A stretch of DNA of 63,901 bases, filler included, from Choristocarpus tenellus KU-1152 (Eukaryota; Protista; Phaeophyceae), in assembly GCA_964200185.2 (NCBI GenBank). It is 12 parts of 12 records of this genome, joined end to end, with 100 filler letters (N's around TTAATTAATTAA, not from the genome) between each part and the next. Parts side by side here need not be neighbours in the genome. Positions count along the whole stretch, not along the records: positions 1 to 14,555 come from CAXNAD020001163.1; 11 more parts are not named here. One strand, given 5' to 3'. Shown here in pieces: positions 1 through 11,510 of this stretch; the stretch's first letter is position 1, and the number at the start of each line of letters is the position of its first letter. The notes below the pieces were generated by a model, which ran no database searches, had not been told where the DNA came from, and was given only the letters and a program-made list of their open reading frames with translations. The translations under genes and the position numbers were made by a program.

Positions 1-169
1 GGTGGGGGGAGGGGGAGTGTCGACACCAGGGTGTCCATTTGGGCCATAACCAGGAAAAGTGTATTTACATTATCCATCCGATGAATACAACCTAATCACG
101 CAAAACTTGCAACATGAAAAAAATGGCCCCAAAAGGACAGCCGCCACCCCCTCCCAGATACCTCGAGTC
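1..169 (+). mobile_element. MITE family A copy (left terminus cut by the window start)
   Basis: Colinear with the copy at 14378-14555: gggtgtccatttgg near the left end, ending ...ccccaaaaggacagccgccacc...cccagatacctcgagtc (degenerate right TIR). Confidence 0.8.
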
Positions 170-584
170 AAAAGCCAGCGAAAAATGGTGAAGATGGGTG
201 AGCAACAAGCTTTTCCTCCACTTCTGCAATTTAGTGTCTATATGTGTATCTCTAGGACTTGATTAGACCTCCAGTTCAATCACATATCTGTGTGGCTGTT
301 GCCTGCTTCTTTCCAATTTTGGTGATACATAGATTTCTTTGTAAGATCTCTACGGCCACTTCAACAAAACGTTGGAAAGAGAGTGACTTTACCAAGATCT
401 ATGGCAGCTTTAACAAGTTTGTGTTGTAACAATGGATTGTTATGGTATATTGTTACTTTTTTGACGAAATATCGTTCCTCCTCCCCACCCCACATTCCAA
501 CTACTGAAATACTTGGACGTACTACCGTGTGTGTATATTCGTTTTGACACTGATACTTCTTCTCCATCGTAATCCACCACCTAC

Positions 585-1602
585 CTCGTGGTGAATAGAC
601 TTGTTGGCTTCTTCGATCTCCCTAATCTCCTGGAACAATTGCCCTATCACCCTTGGCGCAATTCCTCTCTCAGCAAAGCTCTCCCCGCCCGTTATTGTGT
701 GTGTCTTACCGCTCCCTGTCTGACCGTATGCAAATATTGTTCCGTTGAAGCCGCGCAGACAGCCAGAGATGATCCTTGTAGTCGACGCCTTGAACACTTC
801 CTGGCCTCCAGTTTCAAACAGAGATACCCAGTCCGGGAGAAGGTAGAAATGGAAAATGGAGGTCAGTTTCGTGCAGCGCAGCATGTTCAGGGCTATGTTC
901 TGTAACTTTAACGTTGGCCGTGAGTTGTCGCTGATAACTCAAATGAAAGGACTCGCTTGTATATGCCGTAACACAACAACTATCCACGTCTGTTGACACC
1001 AAAACTACATAAATATGCTGTCTCTATTTTAGGTAGCATTATCCCTGTTCTTCTTACCTCTTGTGTGGAGCCCTCACCAAGGACTTTTGTGAAGTCAAAA
1101 CGTGCACGAGCTCGATAGCCCACGACGCTTTGCATTTCAGGCGGTATCACCAGGTCAAGTGTCTCCTGGGGAACGAAGCCGCCGAAAATTCAGGACGCGT
1201 ATCTTGGCAAATGACATTCTCTGGCCCTCTTTGAGCCAGTGGCAACGGAGAAGGTTAAAGATGGGGTTGGGTATCCCTCACACGACTTAGGGCAAGCCCA
1301 TTTACCAATTGCAAGGAACCTTGACTGAACATGATGCATCGAACATGGCGATAAGAGAGAACACTGTACTACCCTGTGTGCATTAACGTGGGTTTACCTT
1401 CTTCGTTCGCCCTATGTGCTCTAGGAACACCTCGTTCACCCTACTAAGCTAACCGACATTTCCACACTACTGAAATTTTTACCTTCTCACGCCCGTGCTG
1501 GTCTGGATGGACTTCATACTCAACAAGTCTCGAAGTGCCTGTTCCATCTATCGGGGGACGGATTCTTGCGTACGTCTCAATGTGCAGGTCAGATTCTGGC
1601 AT
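585..1602 (-). CDS. Kinesin motor protein, kinesin-9 (KIF6/KIF9-like), 5' three exons; partial
   Basis: Exons 1602-1483 (MPESDLHIETYARIRP...), 1165-1058 (...RARFDFTKVLGEGSTQE) and 800-585 (EVFKAST...GFNGTIFAYGQTGSGKTHTITGG...RGIAPR). All are GT-AG and phase 0. The kinesin P-loop GQTGSGKT is present. Subfamily assignment is by recollection of KIF6/9 motifs. Confidence 0.92.
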
Positions 1603-2042
1603 GGATGAACAGTTCACAGCTCCTTCCGCAATAAACTCTTATGATTAAACCTGAGGGAGCAAAATCCTCTAGAACTAGTCGAACTCGGTATGACCTTGGA
1701 AACATTTGTGGGGTGGGTGAGAAGGTGTTACGGTTTCACAGATACGTAGTAGAAAAAAAAATGTTCAAACTATTTCACACATAATATATTCGAAATATTC
1801 AAGTTGCAAGAGGAGGGAACGAATACATCCTTGACTTCCTGACTTCCTGGCTCGTTGACTTCGTCAAGAATTGAGGCATCTTGGTCGGGGAATCGAGGAG
1901 TAAGGGAGTAGATCTTAGAACGCAACAACCATAACCAGGGTGACTTGAGTAATTAGATCATTCTGAGGTCTGAAGGAGCAAGGGCGAAGGCATCTATGGG
2001 CAACGTGCGTGTTGTTCCCCAGTCCAAGCACTCCACCAAGCG

Positions 2043-5000
2043 ATGGCGCTTGTCGACACCCAGGGACTCGAGCTTGCGGTAGACCGTTCATTATTTGGCC
2101 CACAGGGAAGAAGATGGATAGAGCGAAAGCTCCCAGAGGTAGCTATCAAGCTGTCCTTCATAGCTGTCTCTGCATTCGGTGCAGTGTTGCTGATGATCCA
2201 AGTAAGACCTTGATGCGTACTTTAGTTGCCACCGACTAGTCCCCCCTGCCAGTACATGATTGCGTGGAGACGTTGTGGTGATATCTTCCTGATCTGCTTT
2301 CCCATTTACTGGTATATGAGCATACCCTTGCACTTCGCTAGCAACACCGAAGAAGACATCATTATCCTGTTGTTGTCATGTGGATCGAAGTCATGATGTT
2401 GTTTGCAATCATGCACATGCCCGTTCCCCTCCTCGTCTCGTTGTGCGTAACAGTTATGTTTGGATTATCACCAGCTGGGAATTTGGGCGATATTTCAAAG
2501 CCCCAAACACCTCGTCAACGCTTCAGCCCTTCATGTGATATCACGATTGCTGAGGTGGCACAATAATCGCATGATCCTCCGCTCTTACATTTCAGGGGAC
2601 GCGGTGAGGCTGCATTTGCATTTGGTGTCTTGCTCGTTACCTAAAAAATGTATCTGCCAATATAAGTAGCTAGATCCCAGAGCACAGTGTCCCATTCCAT
2701 CTTATTGAGGGATATTCGAGTGGGTTCAGGTGCGCTGGAGCATGTCCTTTGGTTGCAACTGAGTTACGACTTTTTTTATACAGGCTCAACACCTCTAGCA
2801 GGGGGGAGTGGCCACGATTTACCATGGGCATCTGTTTAGGATAGCTAGAGGAAGCATGGAGAATTGATCCCTCTGCTGCTTTTGTCATTTTCGGCTACAC
2901 CCTCGTATGCATGTGACGTGCGAAAAATTCGTTTAAAGGAACATGAGCGAGCTGCATACACATTTGAGAAATCACAAACCTCCCTATGGTGAACAGTCTG
3001 CCTGAGCCAGCTGAAGAAGGCATCCACTGAGCAAACTGCAAGCAGGGCAGGACCCTAGCGTACACAATCAATGCCAATTGTGGCCACATAATCTTTTGGT
3101 TTTTTGGTGAATCCCCCCTCTTCATCATTTGCATTCCTGTACCTTCAATAGAATTGAATCAACATCCACAAGACAGCTTTTACTTCAAGAATACAACACA
3201 ACCCCTCCCTCCCTGCCCCTTCCCCTTCCATCTCTTGCCCACAACTTCCCTTTGTATCTTACTATGTGGGTAGAGAAATTTCCCTTGACTTGCTTCAAGT
3301 CCCCTTGTCTCTGTCCCTCCCTTCCCTCTTGTTCAATAGGGCCTTCACAACTTCTTCGGCCGTGATTTGCGGGGGGATGCAGAAGAGACGTCAGTACCTT
3401 ACCCTTGGCATCAGTCAACCACAAGTAGTAACACTTCAAAGTGGGCTGATTCCTCCAAGGTGAGTTGCAGCAGTTTCTACCTATGATGCCATAGGTTTAG
3501 AACATTTATATGGGACTGTTTTAGTTTCTTTTTGCTACCTGTGGCAGCAATTTTCTTCGTAATGAAGTCAGTGCAAATGATTCAGCAAAGGGGAACCAAA
3601 ACCTGGACGTCATTTAATTTTTGCATATTAGTCTTGTGCTTTCTTTGATCGCCATCCTGCCTCATGTGACACGCATCATTCAAGCCTATTGCTGAACAAT
3701 ATTTAAGTTGAAAAGTTGGACTTGGCACATATTTCCTGTCCTCCATACTCCTTATTCTGAAACCACTTTGGGTCTTAAACTTCAACCCGTAAAAAAGGTG
3801 TGTACTTTTGACAGTCTGAACCTGGCCCTACTAATGCCCCGCGTTCTCAATTGATATTTATCATCTATAACGTTCTCCTGCAATGCTTCGTGATGTTTCC
3901 CCTCCTCGGGCTTGTCTAAGAATGGCAACTTCCAGCTCAAGTCAAGAGGTGGAGGGGTTAAAGGAGGTGACTCTGATGGGTGGGGCAGTGATGCGGCCCC
4001 TGCTGATTATAACCTCCCACCAAACATCTCAGACCACAGGCACCGCCGCCGCAACAGTCAGGGGGGTGGGGGTGTAAGTGCAGGTGCAGGGGAAAATTCG
4101 GAGGAGACTAAAGCATTGCCATCAATGGTATCCAAGGCATTGGGTGTGACCCCATCCTTTATGGTTGCTGATCCTGAGGGAGTAGAAGAAATGCTGCAAG
4201 GCTCTCAAGATGAATCCCCTTTGATAGAAGGGGGTGGGAAGGGTGGGGGGGGGGGAGGGGGGAGGTAAAGATGGAGTGAGACAAGACAACTCCGAGCAAA
4301 CGCCATTAAGGCCAATGGGTGTTGGATATGATAGGAGTTTAAGTGGATATGAGGATCAAGTGGGTAGTTCTGCACCAAATTGGAGCCCATCAAGAGGGGG
4401 GAGAGGGGGGGGTGAGGTGGTGACATCGTCATCGAGACTACAGCGTACTAAGCAGGCTGGATTATCTTTGACCAGGGCCTTGCGCAGTCGACGTGGATCC
4501 CAAATCAGGCGGGAGGAGGATGTGGTGAGAGTGTCATACCCTGACTGGTAAAACAATGAAGACTGGGGGGAAAATGAGTTGTTGGTTTGCATGTCAATAA
4601 CCCTCAACTGTGGAAAACAGATGTTTCTGTGCACACAGTTGCTAATGTGGCAAGTAATTTCAAGACAAGGTTTGCCATGTTTAGCTTGATGTTTTGGATA
4701 GATTTCATTACTTCAGGTGAAGGGGGTGAGGTCAGAGCAATGAGACTACAGGATCGGTGTCTCTAGGGACTTGAGTCTCAAGGTGACTTGGAGGCCTTCC
4801 TCTGTTGGTGGTGGGAAAATATTTGAAGAAAACTACTCCTTAACATTTCATACTCTGGCCTGTAGAGGATGACTAGTGTTATTTTTCTGGTTTTACATCT
4901 TTCATATGCTTACAGCCTTACCCCCCTTACCACAGTAGTAGAGAGTCCTTCCCCCCCCCTCTTCCCCAGCACTTAGTAGTCCAATGTAAATCATCTGTGA

Positions 5001-7102
5001 GAATAACCATGCAAGTTGTGGAATACTGGAATCGTTTAGGAGAATGTACCTTTGCCAGTAGAAGTAGAGACAGCAATAATCATGCTTCAAGTAAAGTAAG
5101 GTAGAAAACTTTGCATTTTCATTCTGATATCATCATACTGCCTGAGTGTCGTCCCTCATGATGACTCTCTATGCAATTATGGAACCAGCTTTCTCAGTAC
5201 AATGTACATGCTCCTCTACTTCCCCACCCACTCCGCATACCCTCTCTCAATTATTGATCCCTAAGACCACTTGGCTGGGACATGGTTCAATGTCTCTTGG
5301 TGAAGACTTACAATAATCATCGTAGATCTTTGTGTTGTAGTCACCAACTCCACACTTATACTGTCCTTTTTATTTCCTGTTTGTCCATTTACTCCATGTA
5401 GCTGGTGCAATCACATTTTTATCAATGTTAAACACATCTGTGCTCAAACACCAATGATGGTTTCAGATGCGAGAAAATTTCTTCACAGAGGAGGATATGC
5501 ATGAACTCATGCACAGTACATTCTTCCTCAAGGTCTGCGACGAATCCTCATGGCTCTTTGTAGAGGATGAAATGCACCAGCCAGACCTAGGGTGGCTCTT
5601 GCAGCTCTGGGGAGGCTATAAGGTCACTGTTAGGTTCCAGGGCGAGGTAGGCATATGAGTGTGTAAGTTGGAGGATATATTGGGGTGCGTTTGACTGAAT
5701 GGGACGTAGCTGATTTAAAGGTACAGCATTCTGACCGTGCAAAACTGAAGTGATATTCCTGTGGACTAAGCAACATGCCTACAGTAGACGCCTCCATACA
5801 TCCTAGCCTAGCACCTTTTGTATATGCCTTCAAATATGTTGATTTCGGTGTAGCCCTTACAGTAATGTATCACTACCTTTGGGGTTCTACATCAACATAC
5901 TGTTAAACACTTTGAGACCCGAATCCCCCTCCAATCCCCCCCTCCCTAGTAAAACAAATACTTGCACGCACAGCCTCCCCCTTCCATGCAGAACACAAAA
6001 CCAATTCGAACAGTTGTGGTGAACACAGACACATCAAACACCAATCAGAGTGAAAAAGCACACTGACTCTCACTTTGAGACAGATGCAACGGAAGAAAAG
6101 TTGTCTGTTTGACCTGTTCATTGCATAGACACAAATTTAAATTAAGCTGTTCCTATCTTGAGGCTCTATAATAAATTCAACCCCTTGGTGAGGCTAATCT
6201 GGTTGATCCTTTTTTTTTTGCTTCTTTGGTAGAGAGCTCTTACGTTTTAGATTGTTGCCAATCTTCACTCTGCTTTTGATGCTACCTTCTCTTTTGTGCC
6301 TCTTTTGTTAAAATTGAAAAACGGAGCCCAGGTGGCAGAGGAGGATGCTCACAGGATGCTGTTTCAGTGTGAGCCTGGCACAGGAGAAGATTATGTTCGA
6401 CTTCGGTCAAGGGCCACTAACACATTCCTATACTTCCTGGGGGTACGCCCTCCATTAACCCTGTGAGGACCACACCCAATAGAAGTCTCAAGTATATTTG
6501 TGCACTCATGTAGAGTGACATGGCAGTGGAGTATGCCGTATCTTCATTATACAGAATGTTGCAATGGTGATCGCGTCTGTCCACTATGCAACATCGACCA
6601 CCTATCCTATGACCTCTCAAGCCCCTTTCTTCATTCCGAGTTCAAAGTGGACAAAAAAGCAGTCTGAGAATGCTAAAAGGAATTGACTTCATGCTTCATT
6701 CTTCATGTAATAGAGCCCTGCATAGTTCTTGAAGGTACTGAACCATGTTCCGAATACTACATGTAATACAGCCCCAGCATAAACACCAATTTAGTCATTC
6801 ACAGGGTCATATCCACCCTCTCCTGCCCCTCCCAAAAATACATTGTTTCCAGGGTTGCTTGGGATAGGGATGTAATGGGAGGTGACTGGGAAGACCTGAA
6901 GTTGGTGTGGCTGGGCAAAAAGAGCAGTGGGGGAGAGGCAGCTGGGGATGAAAAGGGACGTGTAGCAATCCGAAGTCGCATGAAGGGTTTCTGGTGCTGG
7001 AATGGGACTCGCTTCACCCATTCCAGGAGCAGAGAGAGTGCCACTGTGTTCATGATACAACGGATGAGTGGGGCAGGACGTAGGGAGAAGAGGGGTACCT
7101 GA
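2043..7102 (+). CDS. Hypothetical multi-exon protein: Gly/Ser-rich middle and a globular C-terminal domain
   Basis: Phase-compatible GT-AG exons at ~3921-4524 (one frameshift inside a poly-G run), 5467-5646 (MRENFFTEED...VRFQGE), 6332-6405 and 6853-7102 (stop). Probable upstream exons lie at ~2043-2078, 2106-2138 and 3340-3459. The 5' part is less certain and no family was recognised. Confidence 0.7.
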
Positions 7103-9045
7103 CCAAAGTGACTGAACGAGGAGCATGAGGGGGATCAGAAGTGGCTCCGATGTTTTGAAAGGGTCTGACATGCTCTCAAGACAAGTCCTTTGAAAAGTTT
7201 GCTTATATAGCCGTTTAATGATTAAATGAGAGGCATTGGGTATTTGATGTGGTGAGGATGCTTTCAACTACCTTTGCTAGTGTGAGTGACTCCAGGACCA
7301 CAATGAATCGCCCGGTTGGAGGTAGTCCTGGGCTAGTTAGAAAAGGGATGTGTGTCATGAAGTATGCAGTTGAGAGGGATGGGCAGCATTGATCTACAGT
7401 GTGTGCCACGGCTCAATTTTGGTGAAAACAGGCTGGCACATGTTTTGTGAAGTGCATCTATCACTGCCTTATGGGCAACAAAAAATTATTCCCAGCCGGT
7501 ATCAGTGGAGTGTTGCTGTACAGGTTTTTGTGTGAGGATCTCACCAGCGATGTTATTTATTTGTTGTGACTATAGATTATATTTATTTTTTGTAGTTGTT
7601 TATGTGTTCACCCAAGGCTCTCTTCTCTTTCTTTCCTTTGAAATTGCATCCTTCTGTAGGTCAGTGTGACATAAATAGAAAGTGTCTATAAATAGTACGA
7701 TTTGAGCGATGTACAGCACAGCAAACCATGACAGAAATGCATGATTCCAATGTTTGCTGTACAATGCCTTTGAATCAATTGGTTCTCTTAATTGATGACA
7801 CACCACATGGTAGTGTTCTATGTCCTTCCAAAGATGCAAACCCTATCTAACCAAGGGAGACAACTATAGAGAAGAGGCCCGAAAAAGTATCTTACTGTGC
7901 AGACCTTACCTAACTCCTACAAAAAAATATCAAATATTCTACCTGTCAAATATCCACATTTTGATCATCAAATAAATCCATGTGTATGCTTCATTAATCT
8001 GAAGATGCACAACATCTAGAATTTGGATCTTTGAGACAAGTCATATTATAATGGGAAGTAGCTAAGGTCTGCAGGATTACTTCACCCCACATCCCAATAT
8101 CCAACTTGTTTCTGTTGACCTACTTACCGATATATTAAACTATGTAACTACTTGATTACAAAGTACAGAGTAATCAACAATTCAGTGAAAATCTTTCTTG
8201 AAGCACTAATCTAGCACCAAACAGTAAGGAGTGAGTTGGAGATTGATGTGTTTCAAACCTGATGCTGTTAACAACATTTTTCCAACACTCAGCTCTTATC
8301 ACATCCTATGATTTTGACCACATAAAGCACACTGTGTAAGCAGCCACTCTTGCCATGCCATTGTTTTGATGAGGGGACAGTCTAGTGCTATGATAGGCAT
8401 GTACAGGACATGCTCTTGCTGTTGGATATGATACATCTGTACACTCACCTACTACCATCAAAGATGCATTTAGTAGGTTTGCTTGGATATGACCCTACAC
8501 TGTTGTTTACCCCCTATATCCTTTCTTGGTACACCCTTTCTTGGCAATGCTGTCGATATGGTAAACGTAATTGTGGGACTGTAATAGGGCGATGGAGCCC
8601 CTTGGTCCCACCCCTATTCCAAAAACAACATAAAATGGAGCGATAGGAGTACACCCATGGTCCATCCACCGTGACCTCTACACTTTCCCACTATAGTTGT
8701 GCAATTTGGTCAACCTCCACCAGCACTCACCCCCCTCCCAATGTCAACATAGCAAAAATGCTGTACACTACATGATAAGAAAAGAAAAGAACAAGTAAAC
8801 AAAACTAAGAAAACCACAATAAATCACCACAGAGTCAACAAAGAGACCTCACCTATGGGGGGAGGCTCCCCAGGGACACCACGAGAAGGACATGATGGGC
8901 CACTGTCTCTCTGCTACATCCTATTGAAACCATCCCCTCCACACACACACCCAACCCCAGGACTTCGGTTTACCACAACCTCTCACCCAGCCTCAACCTA
9001 AAGTGATAGCCAGCAATGCCACTTCCACCACCCCCACGGCCAACG

Positions 9046-11510
9046 TTATTCAGGGTAGACTTGCTGCCCCTTGCTCTCCACTCCCCCCTCCTCAGCCAGC
9101 TTCTGGTTCTCTTCCACATCGCTCCCTACAGCTTCCTCCCCATCGTCCACGCTGCGCATTGGGGCCATCATATGCCTTGACTCGTGCATCTGTATTTGTA
9201 GATTAACAGCAACATTTTAAAATCATTCACAGTGAATCAAACCATTCAAGGGAAGGGGGGACTGTGGCATCAACAAAGAGAATCTGTGCATGTGATAGCA
9301 GTTTGATTCATATTAACGCAGTGTCCATGAGGACAACAGTCGGCGGCATCATGGGTTTGCATTGTGGTGATATCAACATTACATCATATGTACGCCTACC
9401 GTCCCCACAACCAGCACTATTTTCGGGGTGCGGATTGCTGATTTAACTGAGTTTTTCAGCAACAGCCCACCAAAACCTTAACCCTAAGCCAAATAATATC
9501 AGCACTTATCCAAATCAATGAGCTCCCAAAGTAGGGTGGACTAGTGCGCTGGGATGATGAGTAAATAAGCAGAGGGGTGCAACATGTTGTAGGGGGGTCA
9601 TGAAACAAGACAGAAAAACGTTTCTGTCATAGATGTGAATGGAAGAAAAACATTTTGGAGGTGGTAAGGTTTTGGAATGCCTGACTTGCCTGTAGATTAA
9701 CATTAAGCCAGAGGTATACCATTAGCAAAATCACCACCAGCGAGGTAGTGGAAGAGCCAAAGAAGGAAGCAATGCCCAGACCCATGACTACCACGGAGGC
9801 ATCATAAACAAGTAGTCCCATCTGCAACAAAGAGAAAGGGAAAAGAGGTAGGAAGCCATGGATCTAATGGAGAGGTACATTGCCGACAGGCAGGGTCTGT
9901 GAGGAAAGGGCGACAAAGTCCACCACAGGGCAAATGCATGAGATGGGAGGCTAGGTGGGGCGTGGGGGCAGGGCCAGAGTTTGCAGATAACAATAAATGG
10001 AATGTGTTGGAAATACAGTGCAGATGGCATGTCCAGCAGAGTAAAACAGTACACAATGTATTCTTGTGGGAGCACCATAGATCAATGGCACTAGAGCAGG
10101 AAGAACATACATGTCAAACTGTACAACTGTAACTTGGAGTAAAGAGACAACAATACTGCTAATAACCATAATGCATACGTGAAAAGTTCGGTAAAACCAA
10201 TCTGCTAATCCTTGTCTACCCAACAACTGACCAAAGAGATACACAAGAGTCATTTACCCACAGATCAAAAATGCCACCACAAGTCGAGCCGAAGGTTTCA
10301 AGAGAGTTCCCCAAATGACTCTCTCTCCCTGCATCAATTACAGCTCCAAATGACTCCCAAGCCCTTGCCATTATCACTCCAACTGGTAGAGTGTGCCCAT
10401 GCTACAGTTACATACGCAAGAATCCAGTTCATCTACAGCGTACCAGACAAACAAGGTTGGGATCAGTCAAACGCACTTGCATGCCGTACAAACCTTGCCA
10501 TGCCAGCGGTACTTCTTTCCCCTGTTACGTGAGTCAATTACCCCAGTGGTAAGGCTCCCATACTTTTTGTTTCCCACTATCCCCTGCATCACGATCGCCA
10601 TTAACACCTTCAAGTTGGAGGGAAAATCGAAAAAAGGCATGACAACAAAAACACCAATGTATAAAATATTTGGGAGTATTAGGCAATGTGTGTATATATA
10701 TACATGGGATCAACCACACATGCATCAAGGAGGTTGTGAATGTGAGACCTCCGCGTTTATGATAACAAGGACTGCATTATGAGTACTGCAACCTCATATG
10801 TACAGGCACAAGATAACACTTGCAATAATACAACTGCCCGAAGTCCACAGCACATCTACTAATCAATTAACTCACCAGTGAGCCAAGTATGGCATGGAGG
10901 GTGTGTGGTATGGAGGTTGTCCCTATATATAGCTTGTTGGCAACAATGAACATGAGTCCCAGGCCTGCGAAGCCAGCCATCATCAACTGTAGTACAGATT
11001 TTGTGGTATAAGCACACACACACACACACACACACATGCAGACATCGACATAAACGTTGGCACTGAATTAAGAGACCAAATCGCACATGTTGCTCATGTA
11101 AAAAAGGATAAGAAAAATGGGCAACAATGAAACATTGCTTTTTAACTGCATGCAGTATCAGTAGGTTCAATTGGAGAAGAAAATACGACACACTAGTCAC
11201 AAAACATACGTAACCACTTCAACGGGGGTCATATTAATTATTCTCAGCACTAAAAATTAATCGCGTTTTGCACCTCCTCCCCCTTTCTCCACCCCTTCAA
11301 ATCATGGCCAAGAAAATAGAAAGGAGTAATATCAATCCCTACTGTCGAATACGCAGCTTTACCTGTATAGTCATGTGAATAGTCCTCTTCTTGAACTTGG
11401 AGCCGTGTTGCATTATTGGTGAAAAGACATCCAACAAGAAAGTGTTGCGATATGCCACGATCCCCTCAGGCATCAATACGACAAATGCCAAAGACATGCA
11501 AATAGGATGC
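9046..11510 (-). CDS. Cytochrome b561 domain-containing membrane protein (CYB561D-like); first exon(s) unresolved
   Basis: Exons 11510-11363 (HPICMSLAFVVLMPEG...KKRTIHMTIQ), 10986-10876 (...PHTLHAILGSL), 10607-10494 (...KKYRWHGK), 9821-9690 (MGLLVY...) and 9189-9046 (acidic tail, stop). Four His residues sit in the heme-ligand pattern of cytochrome b561, between transmembrane helices, and the exon phases are consistent. Confidence 0.88.
11013..11036. repeat. (CA)n microsatellite, intronic
   Basis: Direct reading of the sequence. Confidence 0.9.

Noticed and set aside
522-1002. Apparent frameshifted kinesin (ORFs 522-884 and 814-1002)
   Set aside because: Explained by normal introns. The true exons are 1602-1483, 1165-1058 and 800-585.
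2596-2603. 8-nt micro-exon (ttcag|gggacgcg|gtgagg)
   Set aside because: The flanking exons join in phase 0 without it (RKLPE|GLHNFFG), and it cannot be supported without RNA data.
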